Source: a virus. From it: 64,000 nucleotides of DNA. Positions 1-15,100 of this stretch are shown one piece after another. A program made the translations under genes and the position numbers. Position 1 is the stretch's first letter, and the number at the start of each line of letters is the position of its first letter. The notes beneath the pieces were generated by a model. The model was given only the letters and a program-made list of their open reading frames with translations, was not told where the DNA came from and did not search any database. The DNA lies in IMG/VR virus record IMGVR_UViG_3300025057_000003, positions 51,585 to 115,584 of that record. The stretch is one strand, 5' to 3'.

Positions 1-177
1 GATAGGGGTGTTCCAATAACTCAAGCCAATAGAAATTACTTAGATTTTTATATGAATCAATTTTTATATGAATTTGAAAAAATTGGAACTAGCCAAACAG
101 ATTTAAAAAATGCTTGGAAGAAAGCTAATCCTACTGCTTTAGTTGAAGAACCAGAAATGTTATTTGCAAATAATTAA
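1..177 (+). CDS. 3' end of an upstream gene (partial, 58 aa), probably another virion cargo protein
   Basis: Frame +1 is open from base 1 (DRGVPITQANRNY...EMLFANN) to TAA at 175-177, 4 nt before the ATG at 182. Function is inferred from context only. Confidence 0.7.
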   Translation, partial: DRGVPITQANRNYLDFYMNQFLYEFEKIGTSQTDLKNAWKKANPTALVEEPEMLFANN

Positions 178-181
178 ACAT

Positions 182-3100
182 ATGTCAAATTTAGATAATA
201 CGGTATTTAATAATGAAATTGCAAATACTCCAGTTGGTGTTCCACCGGATCAGTTTACATTTGAAACAATTTCAGATTTAGAGATACCTGCAGATCTTGA
301 AGCTTTTGATGAAGCTGTAGATCCGCAGTATCAAGCAATGTTAAACTCTGCTTCAGATGAGATTAACAAAACTATTGCATCTCCGATAGCTAATATGAAT
401 AATTTACCTGGTGCGGCTGGAGGAAGATATAATCCTGCTGCTCAGCAAGAAATACCCTCTCCAGATACAATGGAAGGTAAAATTAGATTATTTCAGAATA
501 TTAATAAAAGAACTCCTCAAATAAGTAAGACGGATAATATATTTGGAGATAATACTGTAAATATAAAAGATCCAACATATTCTGGTATAGCTGCAACGCA
601 GTTTGATAGATATTATGCTCATCCTGCTTTTTCTAGATTAGGGTTTCGTCCTTATAGAAATAATGAAGAGTTTTACAATACCCATAGTAGTGGTTGGGAA
701 GATGCTCAACGTATGTTTGGCCAACTAAATAAACTTATGGGAACTGGTTATCTAAGTTCTTATAGAAGCTGGTTTGAGGATGATGTAATGGATCTTAAGT
801 CTGCTATTGAATATGAAGACGCTGTAAGAATAGGTAGTTCTAGTAGAGGCGGTTTTGGTGCTGGTCTTAATAACTTTGTATTAAACTCAGGTTATACTTT
901 AGGTATTATTGGTTCAATTGCAGTTGAAGAACTTGCAATGTGGGGAGCTACTGTAGCTTTAGGTTTAGCAACTCCTGTTACAGGCGGGGCTTCTGGTGCT
1001 GCTGCTGTAGCAACAGGTACAGCTGCTGCTGCAAGAACTGCATATAATGCTGGCAGATTGGCAAAAGCATTTAGATCTATAGGTCAAAGTTTTAAAATAG
1101 GTAAGGCATTTCAGGCTACAAGAACAATGGTTAACAGCTTTAAGAATATAGATAAAGTAAGAGACTTACATTCAGCTGTTAGAGGAACCGGAAATGTTTT
1201 AGGTAAGATACTTGCACCTGAAACAGTAAGAGCATTTAAACAATTAAATAGTGCTAAAAAAGCTGGTGAAAATATAACAAACATGGCAAAAGTTTCTAAG
1301 ACAATTGGAGGCTTTTATAGGGATCTTAGATCAATGAACTTTGCTTTGTCTGAAGGTAGAATGGAAGGTGGTTCTGTATATAAAGAACAATGGGAAAAAG
1401 AATTTATAATTGCATTAGATAAAAATAGAGAAGCCGGTTTAGGGGATAACTTATCATATGAGCAACTGCAAGGTGTAAATGAAAGAGCTAAGGCTGCAGC
1501 ATTAACAACAACATTGTTTAATGCTCCAGTTATATATTTGTCTAATCAGTTGCTTTTAGGAAATGCCTTTGGTGGATATAAAAGAAGTATAAATCAAATT
1601 GCTAGAGAAGGTATTGAGGGTGCCGCATCTAGAGTTATTAGAGGAAAGGCTGCAACTAAAGTTATAAAAGATACTGTTAAAAAACAAGCAGGAAAGGAAG
1701 CTGGAAAGCAAGGTAAAAGACAAGTACAAAAACAATTATATGAAAGTGTAGAAGATGGTTTTATGAACTGGAGATCTACACTTAAGAAAGTAAAATCAGC
1801 TGGTCTAAGAGGCGGTGCTACTATGGCTGGTGCAGCTGCTCTACGATTTACTGCAAATAATTTATCTGAAGGTATTCAGGAAGTTTATCAAGAAGCCGTA
1901 GCAGAAGGTATTAAAGATTACTATACTAATTTAGCATTTGATCCTTTAGCTGGAGGATCAGATATGTTTAATGCATCATTAAGTCATGGTATAAAATCAC
2001 AAATGAGTGCTCAAGGTTTACATACTTTTGCATCTGGATTTTTCATGAGTACTTTAGTTGGGGGACCTCAAAAATTAATATTCCAAACAATGCCTGAATT
2101 GTATCAGGCAACATTTAACAAGGAACAATATCAAAATTATAAAGCTCAAAAAGAAGCTGAAGTAACTAGAATAGTAGATTCCATGAATGAGTATGGTGAT
2201 GCACTTGCTCAAGATCCAACTAATTTATTTGGTCTTGAAAAAATGCAATATGCTACTCAAAAACAAGCAGCAGAAGCAATGGAAGAAGCTCAAGCAAATG
2301 ATGATTTGATGGGCTTTATTGACATGAAGGATCATGCTAAGTTCCATAATATGTTTACTTTATTTGAAACTGGGAAAACAGATTTCTTTAAAGAACAGCT
2401 TGAAGATTATTTATCATTAACAGATCAAGAGTTAGCTGAAGCATTTCCAGATAGAAAAGCAGATGCAAAATCAGGAAAGCTTAGGAATAGTATACAAAAT
2501 CAGATTACTAAGCTTGATAAAATGGAGCAATGGTTTGCTCAAAATAAAGATAAAATTCAAGTTACAGCAAAGCCGGAAAACTTTGAAAAAGGTAGTAGAG
2601 AACATCAAGATGAGCAAATAAAATTTTTAGCGCAAAGACATGCTAAGTATTTATATCTATTTACTAAAGATGGATTTGAAAGAGCTGCAGAAAGAACAGA
2701 TGCTATATATGAAAAACTAGCAACAGATCCTATAATAAAAGATTTAGCTGCAAATGATCTTACAGTATTTTTAACCAAAGATGCTTTACTAACAGAGATT
2801 GGACAACTTAAAGGTGAGGTAGAAATTCTTGGCGATCCAGGTTCAAAACAAGCAAAAAAACAGAAAGAAAAAAAGCTAGCACATTTAGAAAAGATAGCGG
2901 ATGTACTATACAATGAAGAATATCTAAATAAAGATGGGAGCTTTGATAAAAGGAGAATTGGAAAACTTATGCCATTAATAGGCGCTTATCTAGATGATGT
3001 AGCTAAAACTAGAAATGGCTTTGTAGATAATGAAATGCTTTTGGATACTGTTAAGAGTATTATTGATCATAATCATTTAAGTGTTAGACAAGCAATGTAT

Positions 3101-6100
3101 GATAGAGCTCTTAGAGTAATGACTGATCCAGCATATCTAGATGATTTGCTTACAGCTGGTAAGTTATATTTTAAATTTGCTTATGAAAATAGAAAGGCTT
3201 TATTTAGAGAGGCTATTGAAAAATTTATTAATAAGCAAGAGATAAACCAACTCTTAAATGCACTTGCAGATTTAGGTGTATATCCAGATATGGATAGTAC
3301 AATACTATTTTCACAAACAGGAGATCCAAAAGATCTAGGGTCATTTTATAATGCTGAAGGTATAGTAAATAAAGTAGATGATCCAGAGCTATATGAAAAG
3401 ATTGAAAATGCAATTGATATATATAGACAAACTGCAACAGATGCATTAAAAAAAGCTGCAGAAAAAGCCAAGAAAGAAGCTGAAGAAGAAGCTAAAGCTA
3501 GAACTGCAGAAAAAGCATCAAGTAGTGTTGATCAAATATTAGCAGAAGAAGGTGTAGATGCACCCGAGTCTAAGATTATAGGTAAAACAAAAGAAGAATC
3601 CCCTGTATTAGATCAAACTCTGCAAAGATTGTTTTCTGAAATGAAGGCTTTAGGTCTTAAAAAAGGCTTTACTATAAATCCATCTTGGGAAAAATTTCTT
3701 GAAAGTGATTTAGCCAAAGAGCATATAACTGCTTATAATGGTCTTAAAAAACTTTGGTATCAAACTCTTACAGCCTTACCGGAAGAAGAGAGAATGAATA
3801 GATTTAATAAAGACATAGGATTTATTGATTGGTTAAAGCTTCAAGGCACTAATGATCTTGTACAAAAAGTTTTAGCAGAAAGTGCTATTGGTGTTGGTGC
3901 TATAAGAATTCAAGCTTTTATACCAGAAGTAGAAGCTGAAATTAGGTCAGATGAAAAAAGAGAAGTAGATTCAAAAACTAGTGACTCTATCAATATTCAG
4001 ACTAGATTAATTTTTGATCATTCTACAGGAGAACAAACAACAATATTTATTCTTACGGATAAAAACAATAATATAATAGATGAAGAAATTTATACATCAG
4101 TAGGTATAGATCCAATAAGAGCTAATGCTGGATTCCGTACAAGGAAAGAAGCCAATGATGCAATAAAGCTAATGGCTAATTTAGTTCCTGTAACTGCAAG
4201 CTTTACTTTTGATGGTCAGACTTTAACCTATGCTGATGTTGTAGAAGATATAAATACTAAAAAGAAATATGTTATTATATCAGATGCAAATACAGTTGAC
4301 AGGTATGGTAATCTTCTATTAATGAAAATAGAAGATATAGGTAAACTTAATCCCAAACAAGCAATAGCCAAAGCAGTTAAAAGCAAGGAGTTAAATTTAT
4401 CTGAAGGTGATTTTCAGAAAAGATTTGCAACGGAACAATTGAATGCTGGCATAGCTTCTTTACCTGCAAATGTTACTAAATTAAACGTAAGAGAAGCTAC
4501 AAGATTAATTCCTCATAGAACTAACTTTGATACAAACTTCCCTGAAAATGAAGAGCTTGCTAGAAGACGTTATGATTTTATAATTAAAAATCTTACACCA
4601 GAGCAGTTAAAACAATTAAAAGTTAAAGTAAGAGTAAGACCTGATGGTGGGAAAGATATAGGTTATGTTAAGTTTGAAGATAAGGCAGCAAATCCATTTA
4701 TTAAAAAAACTAGAGCTCCTTATGATATAGAGATAATAGTTCCTGATGAGATACTTTCACCTATACTTGAAAAATTACCAAAAGAAATTAAAAAACCTGA
4801 AGGTAATGCATTAGGTTATATACCTAACGGTAACGTTGTACTTTTGGATAGAACTAATGGTACTGTTATAAATCCTTTGAGTATTACAGCAGATCAAGTA
4901 AAGGATTTATTTGATATTACCGGAAGCAGCAAAGAACAAGCTGCTGAAGATATTAAGCAAAATTTTGCAATTCAGTTTACAATTATGAACTCAATTGCAG
5001 AAAAGCTAGGAGATTCTGCAGAAATGGAAATGAGCCTTGAGGATATAGGAGGTGTTAATTTCTTTAGTACTCCAGGAGCAATGTTATTTGATGGGATAGA
5101 CAAACCTGTAAATGATTTAAATATTAGAACGGTTGACGGTCTAACTATTATATTAGAAAATACTAAGCTAAAGAATGGCAAGGTAGCTACTAGATTAATA
5201 CATAATGGTGAACGCGGTGAGGGTCCAACACTTCAGAGAAAGATTAAAAATGAAATGGATGCTCAAAATCCTAATTTATATGAGGGAGCTACAGGAACGT
5301 CTAGATATACAATGGTTGTAAAAAGTGCTTCAGGAGTATATTCTTACTTTCCAGTTAAAACACCACCATTATCCGATGAGTCTTTGCAAACTATAGCTGA
5401 CACTCTTATAAAAAGATCTGTAGAAACAGCCAAAGAAAACTTTACTTTAGAAGGCAAGGGAAAAACACAAAAGACAAAACTTAAAAATCTACAATATAAT
5501 AGTACGTTTAATGCAGACTTAAATTCTAATGAGTCACAAGATATTCCTAAATTCTATATTGCAGGTAAACCCGGATATACTTTTGAATTAGCTGTAACAG
5601 CAAATGGATCTGTATCAATTAAAGTTTATGATAGAAAATTACAACAATCTCAATATGTAGGACTTTCTGCAGAAGACGTGGCTACATATGCCGAATCAGA
5701 AAACAAAGCAGATTTTATAAAAGCATTAATAACTAATTATAATGATTATCTATCTAATCTTGATCCTGAAAAAGTAGATACAAAAAAGAAAGCATTCTTT
5801 ACAAATCTTAAGAAAAATGGTGCATTAAAAGAGAATGCGCTTAAAGAATCTTTTGAAGAGCTTGCTCCAGCTGAAGAAATTTCTGATGCTGTAACAACAC
5901 AGGTTGGACCTAGTGTTAGAAAAAAGTCTGCCTTAGTTGCAAATATTAGTGGAGTAGATTCTCAGAATATAAAATCTACACCTATTATATCTAGAACAAC
6001 TAGTGGTGTATTTACACCAAGTGAAAGATTTACAGATGCCCAAGGTAAGCCAATACCTAAAGGGCCTGCTATGACTACATCAACTGAGTCATTAAATATA

Positions 6101-9100
6101 GCTGGAGAAATTGGAAGCTTAGAACAGCTTAGTGATGATGAGTTTACTGAATTACAATCAAAAGACTTTTTAACATTAACTAAAGATCAGCAAGAATATT
6201 TAGCAAAAAGAGTTGCAACTCTAAAACAAGAGGAGTTAACAGATAGAGAGCTAACCGTATTAAGTTCTCCTGCGTCTAGTTTAATTAATGTTAGAGCTCA
6301 GGCATATAAGATAAATGAAGGTCAACCTAAATCTAATGCAACAAGTGCAAGTACAATTGAGAATCAAAAGAAAGAGGTATCACTTGAAAAGCAATTAGAA
6401 GATCTTAAGTCTCAGTTAGACGCTAGAATGAATCAAGTTAAAGAAAATAACTCTGATCTTTTTGGTTTAGCTTTAATAAAAGCAATACAACAGGATAGCA
6501 CTGTTAAGAGTCTTGAAAAGAAAATTCAAGAGGTTAGATTAAAACAAGGTGGCGCTAATAAAATATCAGATGATTTATCATTAGATGATGTAAGGCACAT
6601 TGATGAGTTTGCTGCATGGGCTGCTTCCAATTTACCTGAATTTATTACACTAGATAATATTGCAACTTTAACAGACAATATGAAGTCTGGTGGAGAAAGA
6701 GTGGGTGCTTTTGTTATGTCTCTTGAAAAAATAGCAGGTAAAGAGAGAATAGGCGGTAAGTTATATGTTGGAGCAACATCTAAGTATGCATACCATGAAG
6801 CTTTCCATTCTGTATTTAGATTGCTATTAACAAAAGAACAACAAGAACAATACTATAAACTAGCTAAGAAAGAAGTTCTAGCTAAATTACGTGGAGAAGG
6901 TAAAAGCTTAAAAGAAGAAATAGAAGGTTTAAGAAATACAGACATTGCTAAATATAAAGATTACTCAAATGATAGAATGGAGAAAGAGTATTTGGAAGAA
7001 TACATGGCAGATGAATTTGAAGTCTTCAAACAAAGTCCAAGAAAAACAAAGACAGATTCTTGGATCAAGTCTCTTTTTAATAAAATACTTGAGTGGATTA
7101 GAAATGTTCTTGGGAATTTCAACGGGCCTCAGCTTAGCCTCTTGTATAAAGATATTAGTTCAGGTAAATATAGACAGGCTGAAGTGGTGTCAAACCCATT
7201 TACGGATGATTTATTTAGTGGCGCTACTATTGACGCTAGTAAGCTTATTAGGTATAAAAAAGAAGTTTTAGAAAATGGAAAGGAGTTATATAAAAACCTT
7301 CCAAATAAACAGAGTGTTGGTATTATATCATCTATTGCAGCTAGAGTTGTTGATCTAGAAATGAAAAATGAAAGTGCAGACTTTGATATTAAGGATGCAG
7401 TAAAAAAGTCAATAGAGTTATACAAGGATTTATATAATCCAGATAATGCTCAGTATAGAAATTTATCTATACAGCAGCTTTTAGATGTAGGTAATATCTA
7501 TGAAGCCTTTACTAATTATGATAAAGATATATTAGAAAGTGTTGTAGATACTCTGGCAATTTATGATATCAAGCTAGAAGTAATTGAAGAATTAGATGAG
7601 GAGAATGAAGTAGAATATGGTTTAAGAACTACAGAACAATACGGTAAAGATGCTTCTCAAATAGGAGGAGCTAGATCACTATCTTCATTTTTAAGAAAGT
7701 ATATTGCATCAACTACATTATCAGAAAAAGATGAATTTGGGAATGAGTATTTGAGCAATGGAGAACGTTTAATTGTTCCTGTAGATTTTAGTGTAGCATA
7801 TTCTGGCTTCTTAAAAGCTGCAGCTGGTACAACAGATCCTATAAGAATTTTACAAAAGTTATATATATTTTCACAAAATAACCCACAAACAAGAGCAATT
7901 GTAGAAAGGTTATATGGAGATTTAAATTTAGTTTGGGAAGATCAACTTGAAGATGGTATTATACCAGCAGAAACTAGCAATAATTTATTGTTCCAATCAA
8001 TGCTAAAAGGTTTTGAAAACTTTAAGATTGATTACTTATTCTTACATACAAATACAAAAGATGGTTCCGTAGTAGGTTATTCTGCTGCAAATAGAGATGA
8101 TGCTCATACTCAAATTGAGAGATGGGAAACTGAGTATAAACATAGAAGAAGATTATACTTAGCAGATCCTAAATTAAAAGAAGAAGCTTCTGATGAACTT
8201 GCTAGACTATTGGAGTTTATCAATACTGATCAGCCTATAAATAAAATGACTAATGTTAAATTAGCAGAGGTATCAAAGAATATATCAGAGGCGCTAGCTA
8301 AAACAATGGGTATCAAACTCCATCCTGATTATATTGCATATACTATTGCAAACAATATTACTAAACCAACTAAATATCAATCAGCATTATTAGAATCTCA
8401 AAAAGATGTTATTCTAATAGATCCAGAGGCTATAATGTATATGAAGCAACAGTTTGATGGAGATGCAGATTTAATGTCACAGGCTGAAGACGAAGGTGTT
8501 TATAATAGATTGAGGAGATTAGGTTTAGGTAATGCAATGTTTGATGAAACAGTTGGAGCATCAGTCTTCAAAAATGCTAATGGAGATTTAGTTTATTCTC
8601 ATCAATTGCCTACAATGCACTTGAAAAAAATGGCAGAGCTAAATGATATTGTTAGCGATCCTACTAAAGTTGCAGAGCTTATTGAAAATGAACCTTACGT
8701 TGCAACTAATTATTTATTAAATGATCCGGCATTCCGTCAAATGGCTAAGGAAGGCTTGCTTAAAATAACTAGAATATCTGGTAGTAAATCAAGTAAAGGT
8801 ATTGAAGTAGATAGTGATGGAGGTGTAATTGAAGGATATGATAGAAATGAAAAAGGAACTGTTTATGGAGATTATGATCCTAAACAATTCTTGGCTTCTT
8901 TGCTAAGCGCTTATATATCAGGTGTTAATCCAAAGTCTGGTAGATTGCAAGCTGGTGTAATTCCAGAGGGTCAAGATGATATGGTTGCATTAGCTCCGGT
9001 ATTACTGAGAGTTATTGAAGCATCTAACACTGGTGACTTGTCTGCCTTACCTATAATAAAAGCAGTTGAAGAAAATGCAAAGGGTGAAGCTCAAATTACA

Positions 9101-12100
9101 GATCAAGCTTTAGACGCATATGTAAAAAATATAACTGCAGAGTTTGATAGAATACAAAGAGAGTTAAATCCATATACAAAAACTAAAAATTTAAAACCTG
9201 GATATAATGCAGATAAGAAAGGTCAAAAACCAGATCTAAATGGAAGAGCTTACAGATTTGCTAATAATAAACTTATATTAACTCCATCCAATTCAATAAC
9301 TCCTGATGTAGAATCTGGAAAACTTTTAGATAGTAGCTCTACAATAACTAGAATTAGAGAAGGAAGTCAAAAACTATTTATAAAGACAGATGCTGCAGCA
9401 GTAGCAATGGGATTCTTTGCGGAAGGAGAAAGTACTAATTTAGAAATAGGAATAGGTGAGGAAACTAAAGTTGGAAAAGGTAAAAGAAGAGTATTTAAAC
9501 AAGCTGCTAAAGACAAATCTACATTCCATAGAGTTAAGTTAATTGGTAAGAAATCTGTAAATAACTTAACATTATTCAATGTTGAGGATATGTTAGGAGA
9601 GGCTATATCAGATAAAAAGACAAACACCCATACTAAAGAAGTAGAGATTGGAAATCAAACAAGATGGGTTGAGTCTGATGCAATGAAGGCATTTTTATTG
9701 GGTGAAAAGGAGTTCTTTGTTTATGAAGTAATTGAAAATGACTTAACTAATCTAACAGACGAAGAGCTTGACATACTAGAGAAAGAAGCTGTAGATCAAG
9801 AAGATTATGCTAAAGCTAAAGAAATAGCAGATCTAAGATCATATGGTGAAATAAATTATGCATCTGAATTAGAAAGAATTTTAAAAGAACATGCTAAAGA
9901 ACAAGAAGGAAAATCTGAAGAAGATTATGAAACACTAACTTTAGAAGAAGCTCTTTCTAAAATTCCTAGCGATAAAGACATTAATCTAGATTCTTTAAAA
10001 GCTTTTATTACTGAAAGAATAGATCAAGAGTTTAAGCAATTTAATAAAGACATAAATAATGAATTCTATAGAGTAGAGGAAGATGGTAGTGTATACTTAG
10101 ATTTACCTAGATTCATATCAACGGGTCTTAAGAGAAATGAGAACTCAACAGGTAGTGAAGCTGCATTTGAAAATGCAAATCAAAAGTTAAACCTTACAAA
10201 TAATAGAACTCATAATTTAAAGCAAATCTTTATTAATGACTGGATTAATACTACAGCAATAAATGATCTTTTGCTTGGTGATCAAGCAGTGTCCCTTAAA
10301 GATGGGGTTGATGCAGTTAAAAGAGCCAAAATGCAAAATGCTGCATACTATAGTGCAGCAAGCAGAATATCTTCTAAAAAACATAATGTATTGAATCCTC
10401 TGCAAAAGATATCAATGTTTGCTGTGACAGATCCAATTGCGTCTTCAATACATACTAAAGAAAATATAGAGCAAGCAGATGCACAAAACTGGATGACTGT
10501 AAAAGCATTTAGATATATGTGGTTTGGCTTTGGAAAACTTACAGAAACTCAATCTAAATTGCTAGATAAAATAGAAGCTGGAGCTGAGATTTCAGTAGAG
10601 GAAATATTTGGAGCAGCCGGTGCCGTTAAAAAGCAAGAGATGTTAAACTCTAAAAAACTTGTTTATGGTGATGGTAAAGTGTTTGACAAATTCTCGGTAA
10701 TACCTCTTAGTAAGGCAATGACATCTATGAAGGACAAAAACGGAAACTGGATTGCAAAACCAGGACGTGAGATACTTCATAATATGAGGGTAAAGATGGA
10801 GCAGTATGAACAAGATCAGCTTGATCAAGGTATTGATACTGTTGCAATGGTGGCCCCTTTATCTGCTTTAAAAATGATGAAGGAGAATGTTTCATTAATT
10901 GATGATTTAGTAAATCCTAATGAAACTATTATTCAATCTCAAGGTAAAGGTACTGATGCTCAGTATATGGGTAGAAGCCTTTCATATGAGGCAGTTAAGT
11001 CAGGTAAACCCAATAGACTTACTACGGATAATGTAATGGATCTTGATGCTAATTATATGGGTCTGCAAGTATTAAACCCTTCTAATAAAGAAGAGATTAT
11101 AGATCCTACTCAGATTAAAACATTATTAACTGGTGAGCAAGATGACAAGGCCACAGTAAGAATTGATGGCGAGGTAGTTTCAATAGGAGCTTTAAGAAAA
11201 AGATACAATGAATTAGTTAGTGCAAGGCTAACTCAAAAGTATATAGATAAAAGAAATCTTATATTTGATATTGATCCTGAATATGCAATGGATCAGTTAC
11301 ATAAAAGTATTGAAGCAAAAAAGATAACACCTGATTTATATTCTTTCTTGAATTATGCTCAGACATCATTGCTAGCAAGTCAGTCATCATCACAATTATT
11401 AGAGTTCTTTTCATTTGATGAGGACGGCAATCCTACTTTTGATTTTGTCCAAGATTCACCAATGGTTGAAGCTAAGTTTAAGCAGTTATTCTTAAGCTAT
11501 TTTAGTAAAGGAGTAATGGCTGAAAAAATACCAGGTACCGGTGCGGCATTGCTTTCTGATTATGGTTTTTCTCAATATAGAAAGGTTTATAGTGTAGATG
11601 AAAATAACTATATAGATAGACAAGAAATAATAAGAACAAATGATTTTGCTCAGAACTATTCTATGAGTGATGTGCAAATGGAAGGTAATGATGTTCTTGA
11701 TTTATCCAATGATGATAAGTTTGATGTATTAGCTCAAAGAGTTAATAAACTTAAGAAGGGTGAGTTTATTATAGTAAAAGATAGACTTAGACCTAATATG
11801 AAAGAATATAACATTAAAGGTGAATATACTGGAGTTAAATATTCCGAGGCTTTAATGCCTGCACATTCAAAAGAAGTTTATGAAAATTTAGATCTTTTAA
11901 AACCTGATGCAGCAATTCCAGATTCAGTTGGTAAGATGTTTGGTATACGTATTCCATCCCAAGATAATCACTCTACTATAAATGTTAAGGTTGTAGATTT
12001 TTTACCTGTGTTTAATGGATCAACGATAGTTGCATCAAGAGAACTTGTTGAGGTATCAGGAGCTGACTTTGATATTGATAAGTTATATCTTCAAATGAAA

Positions 12101-15100
12101 GAATACTATCTTAAGGATGGTGAGTTCTTTGAGTATAAAAACAACTTTGAAGACTATGTAAGATATATTAATAAAAAAGTTAAGAAGAAAGGAAGTACTT
12201 ATGCTGAAGCTGCAATGAAAGCTAAGAAAAGAAAAGGTAAACTTTTATCTGACGCAAAGTTTGAAGCAGCTAAAAAAAGAGGTTTTGATGTTCAGGCAAT
12301 TCATGCTTTAAGAATATTAAACCTTCCTTTAACTAAACCAGAATACAATAAATATGTAGAAACAACAGGAAGAGCTCCTTTTGCGGCAGGGTATAATAAT
12401 GAAATATTAGATGTTAAGTTTAGGCTTATGGGTCATGATGGTGTAACAACTTCTGCAGATGGAAGTACGCCTATTTCATATGAAGCAGCGAATCTTTTAC
12501 CATTAACTAACCCTAAAGATAGAACTGGCGTTTGGGAAATGATACAGACTGAAATGCCTGAGTTAGCTGAAACATTAGCTGAAGACAATTTAGATATAAA
12601 TAATTTACGTGGTAAGGGTATATCATTTGGAAATAATAAAGAGGGAGCCAAATCTATTGGTGCTGCTGTACTACCAAATTTGTATCTAAGTTTAATGCAA
12701 GAGGTAGATATAAGATTAGCTAAAGGTAGAGGCTATGAATTAAACTTGGGTGGTCAAGTATATGATGGTTTTTATAATTATGATCCAATAAAAAAACAGG
12801 CTAGAACTAGAGAATTACTAGAAGATGGATCAGAAGGTTTTAGAAAACAATATATTATATCTGCTTTGATTACAGCTATGACCGATAACGCCAAAGAAAG
12901 ACTTGCAAAAAAATTAGGTCTTAGTCAAAATGGTTTAGGTATTGTAACTGCTATGACAGCAATGGGTGTTCCAATTAAAACATCAATAGGAATGATGAAT
13001 CATCCTATAATAAGAAGAGCATATGAATTAGAAAAAAGAGCTCCTGAATTTGAATTTGATGTTAAAGAACATATTGAAGAAAAAATAACAAGCTTAAAAC
13101 TTGCCGGTAATCAATATGAATTATTTGAAGATGATGTTTCTGTTGGTGTAAATCAAGATAATCTAATAAAAGCTGTTAATGAACCAATGCTTTCATTTAG
13201 AAATGATGGAGAGTTGGAGCAAAAGTTAGATAACTTAGAAGAGTTTGAATTAGAAGATATAGGAAATAAAATGCTATTAGATATAGCAATATTAGAAGAG
13301 TTCCTAAAGGCATATGATATTGCATCATTCTTAAGACCAGTTGGAGATTTATTAAATTTATCAAAAGGTTTTGGTGTAGATACAGCTTCTATTGCTAAAG
13401 TTAAAAAAGCAAGACAAAAATTAAAGCTTGATTTAACTGATCAAGAGATGGCAAAGTTACCTCCAAACGAGGTTCCAATGTTTGATCTTAGAAAAGTATT
13501 TAGCAGTGATAGATGGCAAACAACAATGCTAGATATATATGATGAGTTTGTTGATAGCTTACTACCGAAAGTATTTCTTAATGAAAGCAAACCTTTTAAT
13601 AATATATTTACATCTTTTCAAGATAACTTTAAATATCTAAACAAAGAAGATAGAGCTATGGTAGAAAAAGATCTTCTATCATATATAACTATTTCTGGTT
13701 ACATGCATTGGTTAGGTCAGAATAAATCTTCTGTTTTAGGCATGCCTACAAATAAATTAATTTATCCTGAAGAAGGTCAAACTGATATTGTAGACGTATA
13801 TGAAAAACTTAAAACTGTAAATGGAGAAAAGTATAATTATTTCTTAGATGGTTTTGTGAGACCTGAGAGAGCAACTGATCCTGGTAATAAAACAGGTATT
13901 AGCATGCTAACTTCAAATACATTAACAACTTTAAATGATTCACAAAGGATAGATGTACAAAATGGATTTAAAGAGTTGTTTGTAGATCCTGCAACTAGAT
14001 ATGGTGCAATGCAGGTGCTTAATTATATGATAGTTAAAGATGGTCTACAACCTTTATATAGAAGTATAATGAATGCAGTTGATCCAGAAATGTTTGCAGA
14101 ATATTTAGGGACATTACCAAATACATCAAATGTCTTTGCAACTATGAGTGAAGCTCAAATGCAAAGTAATTTTGGAATGTCATTTAAAGAGTTAAAGCTT
14201 AACTTCTTAAAAGAATATGGTCTTCATCCAAAAACTGCAAGATTATTAAAATCAGGATGGGCTCCTAAAGAACTTGTACTAAATTCTAAAGCATTCTTTA
14301 CACAGAGTTTTGGAGAGTTTAAAAAGTCCACTGTAGAAAATAATCCAGATAAGCTTTTTGTAATATTTGATAATCAAGCAGGTGTTGGATCTTCAAATAA
14401 CAAAGAGGTTAGAGACTATCCTAATGTAATAAGCATTAATATTAAAAAGAATGCCGGTAGTGCTGAAACAGATTTCTATAATAAAGAAGAAGAATCTGCA
14501 GCAATACAACATATGGAAGCTATGATGGCTTACTTAGAACAAGCAGCAGAAGGTTATGATTCTGTAGTAATACAAGATAGAATAGCTGAAGAAGAGTTAA
14601 AAGGTATATTAAAATACACTCCGAATTTTCATGAAAACTTATTAAGTAAATTAGATAAGTTAGTTGGTTATAAACCAAAAGGCTTGACAGATAAAGACAA
14701 GAAGTCTGAAAGAAAGGCTGTAAATATAGCGGCAAAAAAGAAATCTGTGTTTATAAATAATACCGTATCTGGTAGAGCTGTATTAACTGTAGATATAGAA
14801 AAAGGTTTGAGCGGATCAGTAAATCCTTCTTTTAAAAATACAGATGATTTGTTTGCTGAAAGAAAACTTGCAGACCCTAAAAAGAAAGGTTTTGAATTTA
14901 CAACAAGAAGTCAGCAAATAGCAACAGCTAAGACTATATTTCAAATTGATAGTATTCCAGAAGGAAAGTATGTTCAGTATGTTGCAACATTCCCACAGAC
15001 AATAAGAGTAAATGTAGAGGGTGAAGGAAACAAATATTTTCAGTTGGTTAGATATGCTGGACCTGCATATGGAGAAATAGGACCTGGATTGTCTAGAGGT

